From Ancylonema sp. (taxonomy: Eukaryota): DNA of 64,000 nt. The notes beneath the pieces are model-generated. The model was not told the DNA's origin and made no database searches. It was given only the letters and a program-made list of their open reading frames with translations. The stretch covers positions 1-64,000 of the forward strand of contig JBFLGF010000158.1 in NCBI GenBank assembly GCA_050230475.1, in the 5' to 3' direction. Numbering within the stretch: the first letter of the stretch is position 1; each line of letters opens with the position of its first letter. This document shows positions 24,849-40,348 of this stretch, in pieces. A program made the position numbers and the translations under genes.

Positions 24849-27005
24849 TCAGTTTCCGTACTCTAGGACGTACTCTTGTAGAAGGTGCTTGGGCAACGAC
24901 CTTACCGATTTTTCTTGCTTTGCAATGGCTTTCGCGTTCATAACCATGTACCCAAGACACGATTTCTTGATTTCTATTGCGCCATGTAGATCAGCACGCA
25001 TCAAAACGTTGATGACATTTTTCAAAGTCACAAACTGCGCGCTACGTTGAACAACGTGCCTTTGAAGCGATTGCACGTTGTACTTATCTCCGAGGCCCCA
25101 CAGATCTGCAGCCCATTTATCCGAATCGGACGGCGATAGCTCTTGGTAGTAGAGGTAATCGATGAATGCCTTGACAGCCGGCCCTGAAAAATCCGTGATC
25201 ACGATTCTCTTCGTAGCCGCTTCTTTCATTCCCCCCTCGAGCATTTTGTCAAAGACGGAAGACATCGCGACCTACACAATGTCACACATACAAAGTTTGT
25301 TGATGCCGTAGGAAAAAGGAGTACGAAAGAACAATCCATTCACACAAGATCATTCGGTTGTTTTGTATGGGTACTTGGAAAACAATCTCGAAATATAAGA
25401 CACCACCCTATTAGATGTGAACATACATGTGGGTTCAGAATCGTACCAGCACGACTTTATGAGCCTTGATGTTTGTTGTACCCTCGACTTGAATGGCGAT
25501 GTCACATGAAGTGTGGTTTTTGTACATCTCTTGCATCGCTTGCACCACTGCGTTCTTCGGGCCGGTCAACAATGCCGATAATGGGACCTGTTTGTGTAAG
25601 AAAACGGCGCAATGCTGGATTGACGTAATTTAAATGGTGGTGGTAAGTCAAATTGCATTTCAAAATAAAATCAACATCAAAAGATCACCATGCTAGCACT
25701 GGTTCACGAATTCAAGTTTATGTAAGTTGTCTTTAACTACTTAATTTAATTTCCTTGGACAAAGTATGTAAAAAATGGCGTTCGAGTCCTATATAAATCA
25801 TAATTAATAGATACATTAATTATCGAATACTCGAGCCGTGGACATGCCAGGGATCTGGAAAATGTACACCTAGCTCAAGATTCAGGAGTGATATAAGATA
25901 TGTTGCATTGAATACTGATTTTTGAATTACTTGACTTTGCGACAAAACCGGCGACGACGGTGTGTGGTGAAGAGGGAGAGTCCACCGACACGCCGATTGA
26001 AGGTCAAAATTCACCTGCAATTGCATGAAAGGAGGAAAGAAGGATGAAAGAAGGATGCAAGAAGGATGGAAGAAGGATGCAAGGTTGGTAGTCTATCCAC
26101 GGAATCGGCAAGAAAAAAAATATTAAGCGATTGCATCTGAACATTCGGAGCCGTTCTAGAGTAACCATCGAACAATAAAGTTGTGGAACAAACTCCAACG
26201 ACTTGGGATCGACGGTTAGTAGAATCCCTACCGATGCCTGAAACATATGAGGACCAAAACATAATAGGCAGCCATACACCTCAGCTATCAGTCCATAAAC
26301 ATAAAGATTACTCAACAAACGGTAAACGTGTTCAAATTCATGTCCACGTACTTCGATGTATATCTTGAAACTAATATTCGATTTGTTGACGTATCCACCA
26401 GCAGCGTCAAAAACCATGTCCATTTTAGGCCGCGAGTTGCTATGAGACTGCGATGTATCCCAAACATGGCGCTGATTTGCCACAGCTGCAAGGTCATCTC
26501 GAGTTCATACATGTCAGCCGACATCCCAGTTTTTGGTAAGCTTAAATCCTTTTACTCCAAAAATATTATCACAATTAGATTGCGAAGGTTAGCATCGCCA
26601 TCATCAGAATGAAACGAAAAACAAAAGTCGCCGTGCTAAGAAGTCGCTGAGATAAAAAGGTCAAGCATAAAAAGAAACTAATGCAATAAAACGAGTTGTG
26701 TCGTGTGCCTTACCGTGAAAAACACAACCCTCTTCCTCGTTCCTGTGATTTACCAAAAGCAAGTAGTAGTGTGACTGGTAGTGGTTATAGAAGTTGAATT
26801 GTATCTGAAATTTCGTCCCGGCATGGACCGAAACGGAACCCGTCCTGCGAACGACAATGGGGAATATTGCATGTTAAGATACATGGGTCACATAAGTCTT
26901 GACACCAATCCTCTCCACATAAATGTATCTCGATGTATCTCTGTTGTCTATAATAATTTTAGGAACGGCGAAAGTGTGCGAAACCATACCAGCTCTGGCC
27001 GTCAT
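24849..27005 (-). CDS. BTB/POZ-domain protein, probably MATH-BTB (5' exons approximate)
   Basis: CDIAIQV..IKAHKVVL (~25447-25586) / SSVFDKMLEGGMKEAATKRIVITDFS..FIDYLY..LWGLGDKYNVQSL (24849-25270). Upstream exons end in a MATH-like GGYVNKSNISFKIYIE. Confidence 0.75.
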
Positions 27006-30000
27006 GCACGAAAATGGGCGATACGGCGCCACCTGTGGCTCTGCATGCTACCGGAAAGCTGAAGGCGTGAACCTCCTTGACTACCACATCATCACTAGTT
27101 TTCTCGTGCGTCATCTACGAGGAAAGGCTCTTCTAGCCTATGAAACTCTCAACGAACCACAGACACACAAGATTGAGAAAGAATTTCAGTGTGAGATATT
27201 GAGTTGTGGTATTAAACTGTTTTCTTTCTGAGTTTCAGTGCAGTAAGAACCAATTGGCGCGTCACGGCTGCCACGCCTAAATCAAGATTCATCCATAAAA
27301 TTGTACTGATGATCCTAAGGACATCACCCTGCTCGTTTGTCAAGCAACATAAAGAACTAATTTTATTGTACGCATCTACGTTTCGACTTATGTTTCTGCA
27401 CCTTCCGCACCTGCAGACAGGTAAAAGTCTCTGATTTTATCAACACAAATTTTGGGAAATGATTCAGAGATACTTACAGAAGATTGCAGAGCTCGGAGCT
27501 CTCTTAAATCCGACAGAGCATGCGATCGTCTGACAGCGCCGCATCGGCGCTGTCTGCGTCAAATCTGAATGGCACGTGCAACGACCGCTTCTTTTGAGGA
27601 CATAGTGAAGGTATCATGCCACGTGTTTTCCGTTATGCTAGGCTGCATAACGCATTGGGCAGCGGACAACATTCACACGACAGTCACGTAATGTACCGAG
27701 TGATACGGTAGGATTATAATCAATTCTCCATAGCGATGACCTTGTTGTGGTATTGGTCCTCTTAGTTATCTACTTGATAACTAAGATCTGACGTGTCGCT
27801 TTCTGGGCTATATTATCGCCTTCGCAACTCTATCAATAACTTCTGCATGACATGCCGATCGAAAGCTGCGTGGACGATTTTTCGTACTAATTGGTCCTAC
27901 CTTACACGTATTCGTTAAACGAACGGTAAATTAATAGCAAATTCAAGACAAAGGTTCGTTGGCGAACAATGCGCAGACCAGGTTCGTTGGCATATATTCA
28001 AAAAAGAAATGGCAAGTTTTAAAACTTCTGGAAATATACTTTGTCGATATTTTTTCGAGTTGGGCTGGTGTTTCTCAGAATTGTAGGAGTGACTTAGGAT
28101 ATGTGACTTAGGACTTAGTGACTCAGTGACTTAGGAAAAAATTAGATGGACTTGGAATACGTGATCACATATGTATTTAATTTTCGGTTCATTATTTTGG
28201 TCGCGTGGTTTTTTATCGTTTGTTCATGTAGCGTATTATTGTAATTTAGGGTAATTTATTGCTGTTTTTTATGATATGCAATTGTGTACGGAATACATCA
28301 GCTCGAGTCATGTCGATGTTGGATTCAATGCGGAGTTCATATCGATTAACTTATAAAGCATTCAAAACCATTTGCATTCAAGTTACAGAATATGAAATGA
28401 TAATGTTTTAGTTGTCCTAAGAATATTCCACATCACCAAAAAAAAACACATGTCGAAATCGGCGTTCTTCGGAATTTATGCATGTAAGCATGAATCTGGT
28501 CGATGTGTGTCCCGGGGTGAAGTCGTAGTGGATTGCTAGTTCAAATAACAAGTTGGGCTGTGTGGCTTAAAAAGTTGAAGATGGTCAAATGATTCGTAAG
28601 CTTTATTTATGGTCAACCAATAGTGCGGAAGTGAATGTTTACGGGAGCATCGAGATCTAGAAAACATAGAGACTTTGGGTGGTTGTTCAAATGACTTTAT
28701 TTTTTCCGAAATCGCATCTTGTGTCAATTATAAACGAATCTTATTTGTACTTACTTACATTGAATCCCTTGCGATCATAGATGAAGTTGAAATCCCAATA
28801 GAAAATTCCCAATGTTTCCGTTTAATGAATAGGCCGGAGTCCACAAGCATGATACTTATGGGCGAACTATTCAAATGACTTATTTGAAATAGAGATGTCC
28901 GTAATACAAGAACCGATAGTAGGACAGTAGCCTATAAAAATATAAATGTCTATATGTATGTATGCACTTCTATTAATGAGCTATCTTGGAGGATAGACGA
29001 GCATCGTTATCGACCCACTTGGAACGTGTAAGAAATACCACACTCTTAACCGATGACTGAAAATCACAATCCCCAAATCCATTATGAACGTGGCTTGATG
29101 CTGGATGTGCACTTAAACTATTAACTCAGCATCGACAAGCAACAAGCATTTAAGGATAAATTTAGATGGTTCCCTTTGCGGGTGATTATGACTCTTTGAT
29201 AAGCGCGAAGTGCTTTGGGGGGGAAATCTCATCGATATCCAGTTGGTTTTATAAAATTGAAGTGTACCCATATTGGTGTTCGGTAATCAAATGTTGAAGT
29301 TTGGTCAAATTTATTGTACATATCCAGTTGATGGTATTTTCCGGCATTACTTAGCTATTGTTTTTGGTTGTCCGTTTGTGATTGCAACGCGTGTGTAGCT
29401 CGAAATTTATTCGTTTGATTCTTTTTATTTTGATTTCGTACCTAGCGGAGGTGGAGAGTTGGTATTGTAAAATAAAAATGTCACCTACAATATGGCTAGT
29501 TATATATGATATATTATGAGTATCGTGCTTTCATTTGTTATCTCGTCTAAGTATGATGTGAGGAGATGACTACAGGTAAAGTTTGAAGAAATTGTAGAAG
29601 CGAAACTTGATCATACATAAAGATAAGTAATACATCACTTACAAAGATCCTTCACCGATGAAAAGGAAAAGGTTAGGATTTAAAACTTAATCATTCTATA
29701 AGGTGAAAATAGGGAGGTGTACGCAAACGGAAAACCGCCGCACACATAACATGCACGGAGACATAGAACACAATTATGGGGGGGGGGGGGGGAATAATTG
29801 GCACAACACATCGACATAATGATATTTTTCAAGCTACGCAAGCCAAAAGCTATGTGTCATTTTTTTAAGGTATATAGCCCCTAAAAACAGTAGTTTAGTG
29901 GGAAAATCACACTTTCTGTGAGTCCGAAATGTAGGCCATTATGAGAGGAACAGGTTCCGTTTCAGTCCCGATTTGAAAACGGTTTTCGGTTCGTGCACCA

Positions 30001-31546
30001 CTATCTACTTAATCCGGAACTGCACGTGCGGAGGTGCACGCGTAAATATGTGCATTTTTTATTTAGTTAAGTGCATACTTAGTAGCACTGAAGCTATGCC
30101 TTGAACTCCTTAGTGTAATGACGTTTGCCTTTGTCGTTTCCATGAGTTCTTATTTATTACGTCTCATCGGTAGGGCGAAGGAAAAAGTCATCGACAAACC
30201 AGGAACAAGGCATGGTTGTTCGGTTGTTATACCAAACTTAAAGAGTGTGACCTCATGCACGTTCACGAGTTATTTTTCGCAACTTTTAGTATTTTTACAT
30301 GGACATGCTTATTCGACTTCGTGGATGGTCCCGATCCGATCGGGGAATCTCCGATCCGGCGATGATCGGTAGGTGAACATGGGGGGAGGGGGATCATATG
30401 CACCAAATATGGCACCAAAAAAAAAAAAAAAAAAAAAAGTATTGGTTGGGCTCGATCCTATGCGGTGCCGATATGGATCGGGTCCGATCCGGCTTCAATC
30501 TGGATTGAGGGTCGGGGGAATAGGGCAAAAATACGTTCGATTAGCACATCGCTTTCCATGACTCTCATGATGATTGTATGATACATATGCATGACATCGT
30601 CGTTTAAGACATGCCTCTTATGGTTTCATAAATGATACAATCGTGTGGCTTTCGGAACGAAGCTAGTCGATCGGATAAACTCCTGAGGTACGCTAAGATA
30701 GATTTGGCTAGGACCATTTTCAATCTTTCGTTTGGTGAGTCACAACCTTTACAACACAACCGCATCACGGTTTCTTTCATACTTGCGTCCTATGATCCTT
30801 CAACCCCGTACGGTGTGAATCGAGCCTAACGCGGAGCGAAACCGCATCATTATATCGTTGTTTCCCTACATCTGACCTCACTAAATACAGAATCATACAT
30901 ATTTCGCACGGTCTAGTGGATCATTTTTTTTATGTCCAACAAAAGAAACGGAGCATTACGAAGTGCGTACTTTTTGTTTAGCGTCAAACGAAGGGGGTTT
31001 TGATCCAGATCGGATCGGTCCCCCTCTGAACCGGGATAGAATCTCTACTCTCCCAACCGGATATAGGCCAACTATGCTTTGTGACACACATGGAGAATGT
31101 CCTCCGATTGCGAAGCTGCGGCTACAAATGAGCAAAGACCATCAAGAAGTTTCTCCACATTCACATGCCAAGTCAAAACCAAACCAGAAGGAAAGCGTTT
31201 TGAGAGGGCCTCAAAGGTACCTACGATGTACGGTGACAGATACAGTGCCAACCTTTGTAGCATAGCAGGCTTGCTCACAGCCAGTGCGCAAATGTGCGGA
31301 ACCATTAACCGATTTCCCAATATCCTATCGATTTTGGGTGGTTTCTAAGCTCATTTAATAAAAAAGGGAAACACTGCGGGATAAAATCCGCAACTTAAGG
31401 GCCATTTATAGATAGGACACTAGGACGCTTGCATCAATTCACCAATAATGTACTATCGGAACCATGAATGCAGCGCTCACTACTTCCGAAGCGAATGCAA
31501 GTCGGCCTTTTCCTACTTACATTAGAGAGGACAAGACCTTGTTGGC

Positions 31547-32264
31547 CATAGTTAGGCCCGCTCCAATCCGGCGCCGATCCACATCGGACCCGATCCGGCC
31601 TCGATCCGGATCGGACCCGATCCAGCTTTGATCCGGATCCGGATCCGGAGGTGCCACACGTTAGTTACGAATCGATTTTCAAACCTAAATTATGCATCTA
31701 AACCTTTCAAAAAAAAAAGGATCCAGATGCATAGTTGCACGAACCGGCAATATTGTTTTTTCGTATCGTGGTCGAACGAGGTACCTAGTCAGGACCTGTT
31801 CGGACCGTGGTCTTTTTGGGTTTTTGTTTACCCCTGCGTTTTTTCGGGGACAATGGAAATGTCGGGTAATTTTCAAGGTGTACATTTTCCTTACATTTTC
31901 GCACAATCCACAAAGCCAAAATGGTAAACACAAAGAGATTTTCCCAGACTTCTCAAACCTTTCAGAATCCGAAAGACTATCTGAAAGTATCCTACTATCA
32001 CCCCAGTATTTTCGCCTTAAAAGATGGACCTCGATCCGAAGTCGGGACTTCGGAACTCCTGTCTACTAATCCGTGGAACTACGTTTAGATGGACCCATTG
32101 TGACGCTAAACCCCCAAAATCGCGTCGTTGTTTTTGATATTTTACTACTGGGGGGTTTTTTGGGCCCGATCCGACCACTATACTTCCGATCGGGCATTGA
32201 CCCAGATCGGGCCCGATTCGGCTCGGATCTGGATCGGGGAAGGGATGGATCGGGGCTAACTATG
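31547..32264. mobile_element. hAT-like MITE with CCGATC subterminal repeats
   Basis: CATAGTTAG...CTAACTATG ends; flanks TTGTTGGC / GTGTGGGC (degenerate 8 bp TSD). Related CCGATC/GATCGG-rich fragments at ~23915-24075, ~30330-30500 and ~31000-31076. Confidence 0.7.
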
Positions 32265-32766
32265 GTGTGGGCAATGACACAACGAAAAACGAAAAAGTGT
32301 GCCTTGGTATTAGTTATCCAATGAAATCAAGATGAGGTGCAATACATATTTACGTAGTGCATGACTCCCCCACCTAAAACATGTGAGGAAATCATTTCCG
32401 TCGATTCAACGACCCTTGAACGACGCCTTTCAATCACGGGGGGGAGGGGACCTGTCTGGCCTTGTATATGCCCAACTGGACTCACACTATCGTATTTCGC
32501 AAGCCTTCCTATCTGCTAAAACACAGCCTACAATTCTTCATTTATTGACCACCTGTCTTTTATGACAAGGGCCAACTGTTTTCCCTCTTATTCAACGGTG
32601 AAGTCACCCAAGTACCCAGATGCTTGGATTCCTACTTTTCCAAACTTTTGGGTTCCAAACCCCTTGCTCTCCATTCTCGATACTGGCGCTAATGTACCCC
32701 ATTCATCATCGATGATTCCTCGGCAAGAACGGAGACTATTCAAAGCAGATTGCTCCCACCCAAATT

Positions 32767-35700
32767 TTAGAGCAGTAGCGTGACCGGGTCCTCCATGTAC
32801 GTTTTGAACGCAGCGAGCCATTGAGCACCCATAGCACCTGGAAAACAATCATAAAAGAAAAAAAAAAAAAAAAAACGAAACATTAGCTTTGATTTAAGTA
32901 CACTACCTATGAGAACTAGACTCCTCATGCTGATTCATAATGGGAGGTACAAAGAGAGTGAGTGAGCGATTGGGCCAACAGTCAAAAAGCCCCGTGGCCC
33001 TACACGATACTGGCTGGCTGCAAAGGAGAAACCACTCATAAACATTAAAAAGCAGCGAACAGATATTGGAAGGGAAAAATAGGAACGAGAAAGTGCAAAA
33101 AAAAGGAAGAAAAGAAGAAGAAGAAAAAACCCTTCCTCCCTCTCCCTGTCCCTCTCCCTTTCTCTTCCTCCCCCCTCCACCCCACCTCTCATGCTAGCAT
33201 CAGCATTAGCATCAGCAGTGGCATCAGCAGTAGCATTGGTATGAGCATAAGCATGACGACATTGATGTGAGGTGGGGTGCCACACATGAAGTTTTTCCTT
33301 CCCTCCCCTCCTCGCAACAAAATCAACTGAATTTGCGTGCAGACCAAGAGGGAGCGGGACATAAAGAGAGGGTGGGGGGTGGGGTGCCTCTCACCATCTA
33401 CTACCCTATGGTCGCAGCTGAGGGTGACGGACATGAAGGAAGATTGTCGGAACTCCCCGGCAAGCGCACCGGGCACCACGCGAGGCTCGGCTGCACACAC
33501 ACACACAGAGGGGGGAGGGGGTTGGTTGGTGACGCGGCACGATTGTGATGTGTGTTTCTCTCTTTCTCTCTTGACTGCCCCCACGTTCGTGGCCGGAACC
33601 TTGGGTGCGCAGCGGTGAAGCATCTGTTTTATTTTATGAAGGCAGAAAGCCCATGTGTATGAGATGATGTATGAATCTCTGCTCCAGTTTTTGTTTTTTT
33701 TTTACAGTTAAGGAGATTGGTGTGAGCCAATGGGGCGAGTGCCTCACATGTGCCGACAGCGAGGATGCACGCCTGGGGGGGGTTGATGATGGCAGAAAAG
33801 GACTTCACTCCGTACATGCCCAAATTGGAGACGGCAAAAGTGCCCCCCTGCATGGAAAAAAGGTGATAGTGAGAAGAAGCAGGTTTAAGGGGGGGGAAAC
33901 CAAGTTGAGTCAGTTTTTTGGATCTGATGTCGCATTTTCTGAAAGCCATGCCGACAATGTTTGGGCAGTCGGTTTAGATCCCTTCCGGAAGTTTTTTGTT
34001 CTATCACTTTATCGGGCATCTTTTTTGGACTGCTCTATGCCCTGAATTCGACAAAAAAATAAAAAAACAAATAAACTGAGCACAATTTGGACACCCGAAT
34101 TTCGCAGACCTTTGGCGTAGACCTAAACTCCCCACCTCCATAACCCACCACCCCACCAGCACTACACTGAACTCTCTCCATAGGCACCCCTTTGGCGGGG
34201 GAAACCTCTAGGTGCCTATACAGAGGGTGTGCCTCACCCGACGGTAGAATGTAGAAAAAGATGAACCCTCTTCACAGAGCTTGACGTAGGTTGACTATCG
34301 GGAGGGTTGACTAAAGGGAGGGTTGACTGTACCTGGAACTCATCCGGTTTGAGCTTATTTTCTCGTGCCTTTTCCGCCAGCCTCTTCACATCCTCCGAAA
34401 TCCCCGACAGACCCTTCTTGTCCGCATCCTGAAACCCAAACCCCAAATTCCTCAGTCTTCTAAAACTCCCAAAAAACCCCCAACCCCCCCCCCTCTTGGA
34501 CCACCCTTCCTGCACCCCACCTCCCAACTACTTGCAACCCCCTCCTCTCCTCCCCTCCCCTCTCCCCAACTGCTTACCTTGACAATGGGCACCATGAGAC
34601 CGAACTCCGTCTGCACCGCCACACTGACGTCCACATTGTGGTACCTGTAACCACCCTCACAGAAGGGAAGGGTTCGCTTTGCCCATGCTGACCGGATGTG
34701 CACACGTGTATCTACATATGTGGATTTATGTACCACTTCTGATATCCCAATATCGTCCTGTTCAGGACATTGTTGGGATTGAGTGAGAAAACATTCCAGA
34801 TTTACGTAATAAACCCCCCCTCCTTCTTGTACGCTTGTCATCCCAAAAGACCACCGCAAGAATGAGAAGAAGAAACAGTAAAGCTTTTAGAGCAGTCCCA
34901 CAGCGTGATGCCACAGGTACCACACCACTGCAGACCACTGCCTCTCCTCTCCCAAACATCCAGTGGGTACCCCATTCACAAGAAGCAAAAGAAAAGGGAA
35001 GCAACCATCCCTCTACGACGCACGGCCCACACTCATCCCCCCACCCAACCTCCCCCCCCCCCCCCCCTCACTGTCTGATGAAGTCCTCTCTCCATGATGC
35101 GTTACACTCGGGAACTTTGCGGAGGGCCAAAGCAGCGGCCTGCCGCCCAGGACACAGGAAAAAAAACGATGACATCAGCTGCTGACGTCAGCACGAGTTC
35201 CTCTCTCCTGCTTGTTCGTCGACGATTCATTCACTTACGATCACAATCTAGAGCTTTGTTTTGTGATGTCCGTACAGCCGCGGTATCGTCCCTAGGTCGA
35301 TCATCCCTCTCAGATGGAACAGTATCAGTGTTTCACCTCGATTTTCTTACCTAGATTGTACTTGCCTTACTGCCCCCTCACCCCCCAACTCCCTCCCTTC
35401 CCCCTCTCACCCATCCTCTCCGTCTCCCATACCTTGATCACAAAATCGTTGACTGAAATCTTCTTCCCTTTCGCTTTCTCCTGCACCGCGTTCAGCTCCC
35501 TCCTCAGACTGACCACAGGAAGCCACAGCCACAGCCACAGCCACAGACACACGGGTCAGTGCCTCATCCCTTCCCAATGAATCCCGAATCCATCCAGGCC
35601 ACCCCCCCCCCCCACCCCATCTACATCTCCTTGCACTCCATCCCAACCACATACTGGGTGCTCTGCTCAAACCCTATCTCGGAAACTTACCCTACCCCCC

Positions 35701-37502
35701 CTCCTCCTCTCTGAGGACATGTACAGACGCCCTTCGCACTCCATACATCTGGTGGAAATGGAACACAATTTTACCCCCCCCCCCCCCCTTTACCCGTCCA
35801 CTTTGTCCATACACACGTCCACGGACAGGTAGTAGTGGGGGATCGTCTGTTTCGACTGGAGGAGGCGCTGGGCGATGATCTGAACCCATAACCCGAAGAA
35901 TGGGTTAAGAGTCCGAGGATGCAAAGCGATGAACACATACGGTGCGTTTGCAACCAAGCACCCAGTTGACTGTATGTACGCTCACTGGGAGTCGACCTGT
36001 AAGTACTTCATCACACCAGACATACATGTGGGGCATACAGATGACATACTTAAAAACAAACAGCTGTCCCAAGAATACACCCCCCACGCTGTGGGCCAAG
36101 AACTGACGAGCTACAGCCAATCCTATAACACCTTCTCATTCGCAACACACTTCACCTTCCCTCCTCTCTCCCCTCTTGGACAGTCTGTATACCCTTGTAA
36201 AACCTGCCGGAATTACTGTCCTCAAGACGGATAAATATGGATGTGTACACGTGTTATTGATCAAGTTATCAGATCTGAGGTGGAAACCCATGATCAGGCC
36301 CTAAAGTTTCTCTCACATTGGACAGGATATTGCACTACACGGTATTGATTTAGACAGGTTTTCGTCCCAGTCTGGTCCCACCTTCCGTATCTGCGAGTTG
36401 GGGAGGTCTGTGTAGTCCAAACCGGAGACGGGGGGGGAGGGGGCTGCTGTGCGGGGGGTTGCAGCTGTGGATTTGGGGGCGGGACCGCTTGCTGCAGTAC
36501 ATGATACAGGAAAACCTCGATATAAGAAAACAAGATGAGAAACCGAAATGAGATGTTTCTTATAGCAAGTGCTACTTGTATGTATCACTTTTTGCACATG
36601 AAACGTTAACAGCAGGCATGAGGATGGATTCTGAGAACGGATTACTTTTTGTGATGACGATTCCTATATCGCCGTGATTTTTTTTGTGTGGATTTGGACA
36701 GATAAAGACACGAAACTATCTCATACAAAGTGCGGGACTGTCTTGCATGAATCGTGGTTGATTGTGAGTTTGACTTTGACTAGCTTTTTGAGTTCAGTCC
36801 TTCTTTCCCCCCCCCACAACCTTCCCCCCCCCCTTTATTTGACCAGAGCTGGTTGTCCATTCTTACCCAAATACTCCTCAATGTCCGCTTTCACAATCCG
36901 GCCGTCTGGTCCTGAACCGCTGACTTCAGACAGGTTTACCTGGGGGAGGGGCCAAGAAAAGGATGAGTTGCATATGTCATTTTTTATTTTCTTTAAGGTC
37001 GCCAGCTGTTGGCTTATGCTCGATACCCAATGACACCTCCTGCCAAGGACATATTTCTGCCACTCCAGGCAAAAATCCCCCCAAAACCGATATCCCACTT
37101 ATCAACTCCCTCTCACCAGCTTAACTTCACCCCACACAAAAAAACAAAAAAAAACAAAAAAAAAAAACTTCAGTTGAAGGGCTTGAATCTCGTTGCCTGA
37201 TTGCCCCCTCACCTTATTGTCTTCTGCCAACTTCTTTGCCGCTGGACTGGCAAAAATGCGCCCCTCCTGAGATGGTTTGCTTGTGCTCTTGGAGGGGGGT
37301 GGGGGGGGGGGAGGTGGGGCAGCAGCCGCTTCAGGTGCTGGGGGAGGGGGTGGGGGAGGAGGGGGGGTGTCCGCCTCCTTTGGGGGGGGGGGGGGGGGTG
37401 CACTCCCTGCTTCGTAGTCTGCGAATTTGGCGATGTCGCCCTTGTCCTCCACCATGATGCAGATGGGCTGGGAGGGGAAAAAAAACAGATACACACAAGC
37501 TT

Positions 37503-37572
<70 letters not shown>

Positions 37573-40348
37573 CCTTTTTTTTTTCTGGGTTTGGTAGGCA
37601 TATCAGACACCATACTCCTTTTGGCTCCCGTTCCGTCCACTGCCCCCTCCTACCCTCTTCTGTGGCCATGTTAATGTGGCATGACGACGTTGGGGACTGG
37701 TTCAGTCCATGGAAACAGTCTTATTCTCTGACATGCCTATCTAGGGCACTCCCTCACACCAAGGGGCGTCTGTCTGGATCAATCACGACGACATGCCATG
37801 CGTACGTATCATCTCTCTCCAACCTGCGATGACAAGTGAGCGATGTACAGAAAGAAGTAGGAAGGGAACAGATCCCACATGTCCACGTCCACCTGCAGCT
37901 TCCACTCCATTTCCTTCCCCTGATGCCAGTCATGTTCATAGTTGGCTGCGCAGTGTGCGCGACATTTGCGACCGCGTGCGGGACGCACACATCGACAACC
38001 CAACTATGGTCATGTTTCATGTTTTTGAGAGGTGACATGACAGTACCAGGTTACCTAACGGTCAACCTCGTAACCCTCTCTCAGTCGCACTTCCTGGTCC
38101 CAGAAACTGCACTACGTCCCGCCAGAGTTCAGAGTTCAGGGTTCAGGGTTCAGGGGAATAGTCCCCACCGTTCCCACTGGCAGGTCCTTGGCCCCATCCG
38201 GATACAGAATCTTGGCTACAAACCCGTCCTCCATAGACTCCATCTCAAGGGTCGCCTTGTCCTGAACCCCAAACCCCAAAAAATGAGGACACGACACAGA
38301 CAGACAGCAGACTCACTCATCTCTCTCCTCCCCTCCATCTTGATCGAGAGAGGAGGGTGGAGCTGTTGGGAGGCCAATGGGCTCAAAGTTTAGTCAACCA
38401 CCAGATTGTTACATAGTTCCATTTTTCATTTGTTCATTTAGTCAACTGAAAGAGGGTCGGATGTGAAAACGTCAACTTAGAAAGTGTGCTGGGAATTCTG
38501 CATTTTGTTCAGCCAGTCAGCCGCCTGCGGAATTGATTTTGATTTGATCTTTTCACAGAATCCCAAACACAAAGAGGCGATCAGTACCCTCCCTTGACAA
38601 GGGGAAAGAAAGAAGAAAAAAGAAACAGAAGCTGTCAAGCGGCATATGCATGAGTCTCATCCCTTTCTTGGGACTCCTTCCGTATCGTTTCTCTCATTTC
38701 TCTCAATCCATCTCCCCTCCTCGTATCATCTACGGACGTCAATCACATATGATTGTACGGATGTATCTACGTCGATTTCCTTCTGCTTCAGTTGATCATG
38801 ATTAGAAACGTACTGTTTCAATCTCGCAGAGGACATCTCCTGCTGCCACCTCATCTCCAACCTCCTTCCGCCACTTGGCGATGTTTCCCTGCAACACGTG
38901 GGCCAGGGGATGAGGACAGAAGACAAGTACTGATTCTAGTTATGTCTGGGTTCTAGGGTCCATCACCAGTACCGAGGAATACTTCAATCTACAGTCATGG
39001 TATTACTTCGGTCTATAGGCATCCCTCTGTGTACGCACACCTTGCATATAGGCACCAAAGTCTATGACAGGTATTCATTGCTCCTAAATATCTTGTTTTA
39101 TTAAAGACAAATAAAAAGTAGCCATAGACGCCAAATAAGCCCCTACTTAATGTGTGCCTATAGAGAGGGTTGACTGAGTCATTCCTTTTTGAAGGCAACG
39201 AACTGCAGGTGACTTTGTGATGACATTTAGTGACTGGTTTCCCTACATCTAATGAGAAACGGGTGTGACTTTCTCTTCCTCTAGACCTTAGCACTTTATG
39301 ATTGGTTTAGCAATGAAGATTGGTGGAAAGACGAGATTCATTACTGACAAGAGCATTTTATGGATTACGCCAACGAGTAGAGCATTTTATGGATTACAAT
39401 ATCGACGCACCTGAGTCATGGTCGGCGACAAAGAAGGCATCCCGATCTCTTCATGGGGAGGCACTGGAACCAAGCAGGGGGGAAAAGAAGAAGGGAGCAA
39501 GATCACGTGTCACGCGTTTCTGTGGAAGCAGACTGGATTCCAGTAGCATTTTGCGGCAGACAGCAGCAATCAGAGTCTTTCTTTCTGGGAAAAGAATAGG
39601 CCAGCTCCGCACATCACATTCTGGCGTACGAGTACGACAATGTGAGAGGTTCCGACTGTCTGTGTTGTTTACCGAAGTAGACGTGACGTCATGTGTTTCC
39701 CAAGCGATCTCGTATCATGCATGGGGGATTAGAGCCCGGAAGTCATTCAGTGAAAGGAATATCGGCGGATAGGACTGCGTAGGCCCAATTTTGATTCTCT
39801 GATTTCGTGTACGTATATTTAAAAGGCAACGCCTACATCGTGTCTCAGTGTGGCAGTGTTTGGCGTCGACTTACAGTCTCCACCAGAGGCGAACGCCCTT
39901 GAACCTACGATGCTATATCCGTGGGGTGTGCTCGCCTTAGCTACCGGGGAGTGTCTGGGGCCATGGATCTGAGACCCGGTGCGCAAATTCCGCCTCGAAA
40001 ACCTAGGAGAAAAGAAAGAAGCGGCTGAATTTAAGTTCCCAGAAATGTAAAAGAGAGAACATAACGACACCCATATTGGCGCACGAAAGAAGAAGGGACG
40101 TTGAAACAACCGTATGACAGCAGGGGCGCCAGTTCAACAGGGCGGCAAAACAATGTGCAAAAGAATGCGATCCGTGGTCCATACAGCTACAGATTCATTT
40201 AGCGCACTTACAAAACGTCAGTGGATGGAGTACTCGCATCCAAGGACGAAGAGCAGATCGTTCTCGCCGATCCTCCAATGTTCTTGGATGCTCTTCGAGC
40301 GGGACGTGAAGCTGAACGGAGCAACTTCAGCGCACACTTCGAAGCCAT
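32767..40348 (-). CDS. DLAT: Dihydrolipoamide acetyltransferase, mitochondrial pyruvate dehydrogenase E2 (one lipoyl domain)
   Basis: Presequence [26 protein letters not shown] / GNIAKW..CEIET / DKATLEMES (lipoyl Lys); [70 protein letters not shown]; last exon ends EDPVTLLL*. Confidence 0.95.

Noticed and set aside
27100..30300. AT-rich tract with short GTGACTTAGG repeats and small ORFs
   Set aside because: No motif or boundary I can support; probably decayed TE. The repeats are too irregular to call telomeric.
37507..37585. Poly-T tract giving poly-K/poly-F ORFs
   Set aside because: Intronic homopolymer in DLAT; may include sequencing noise.
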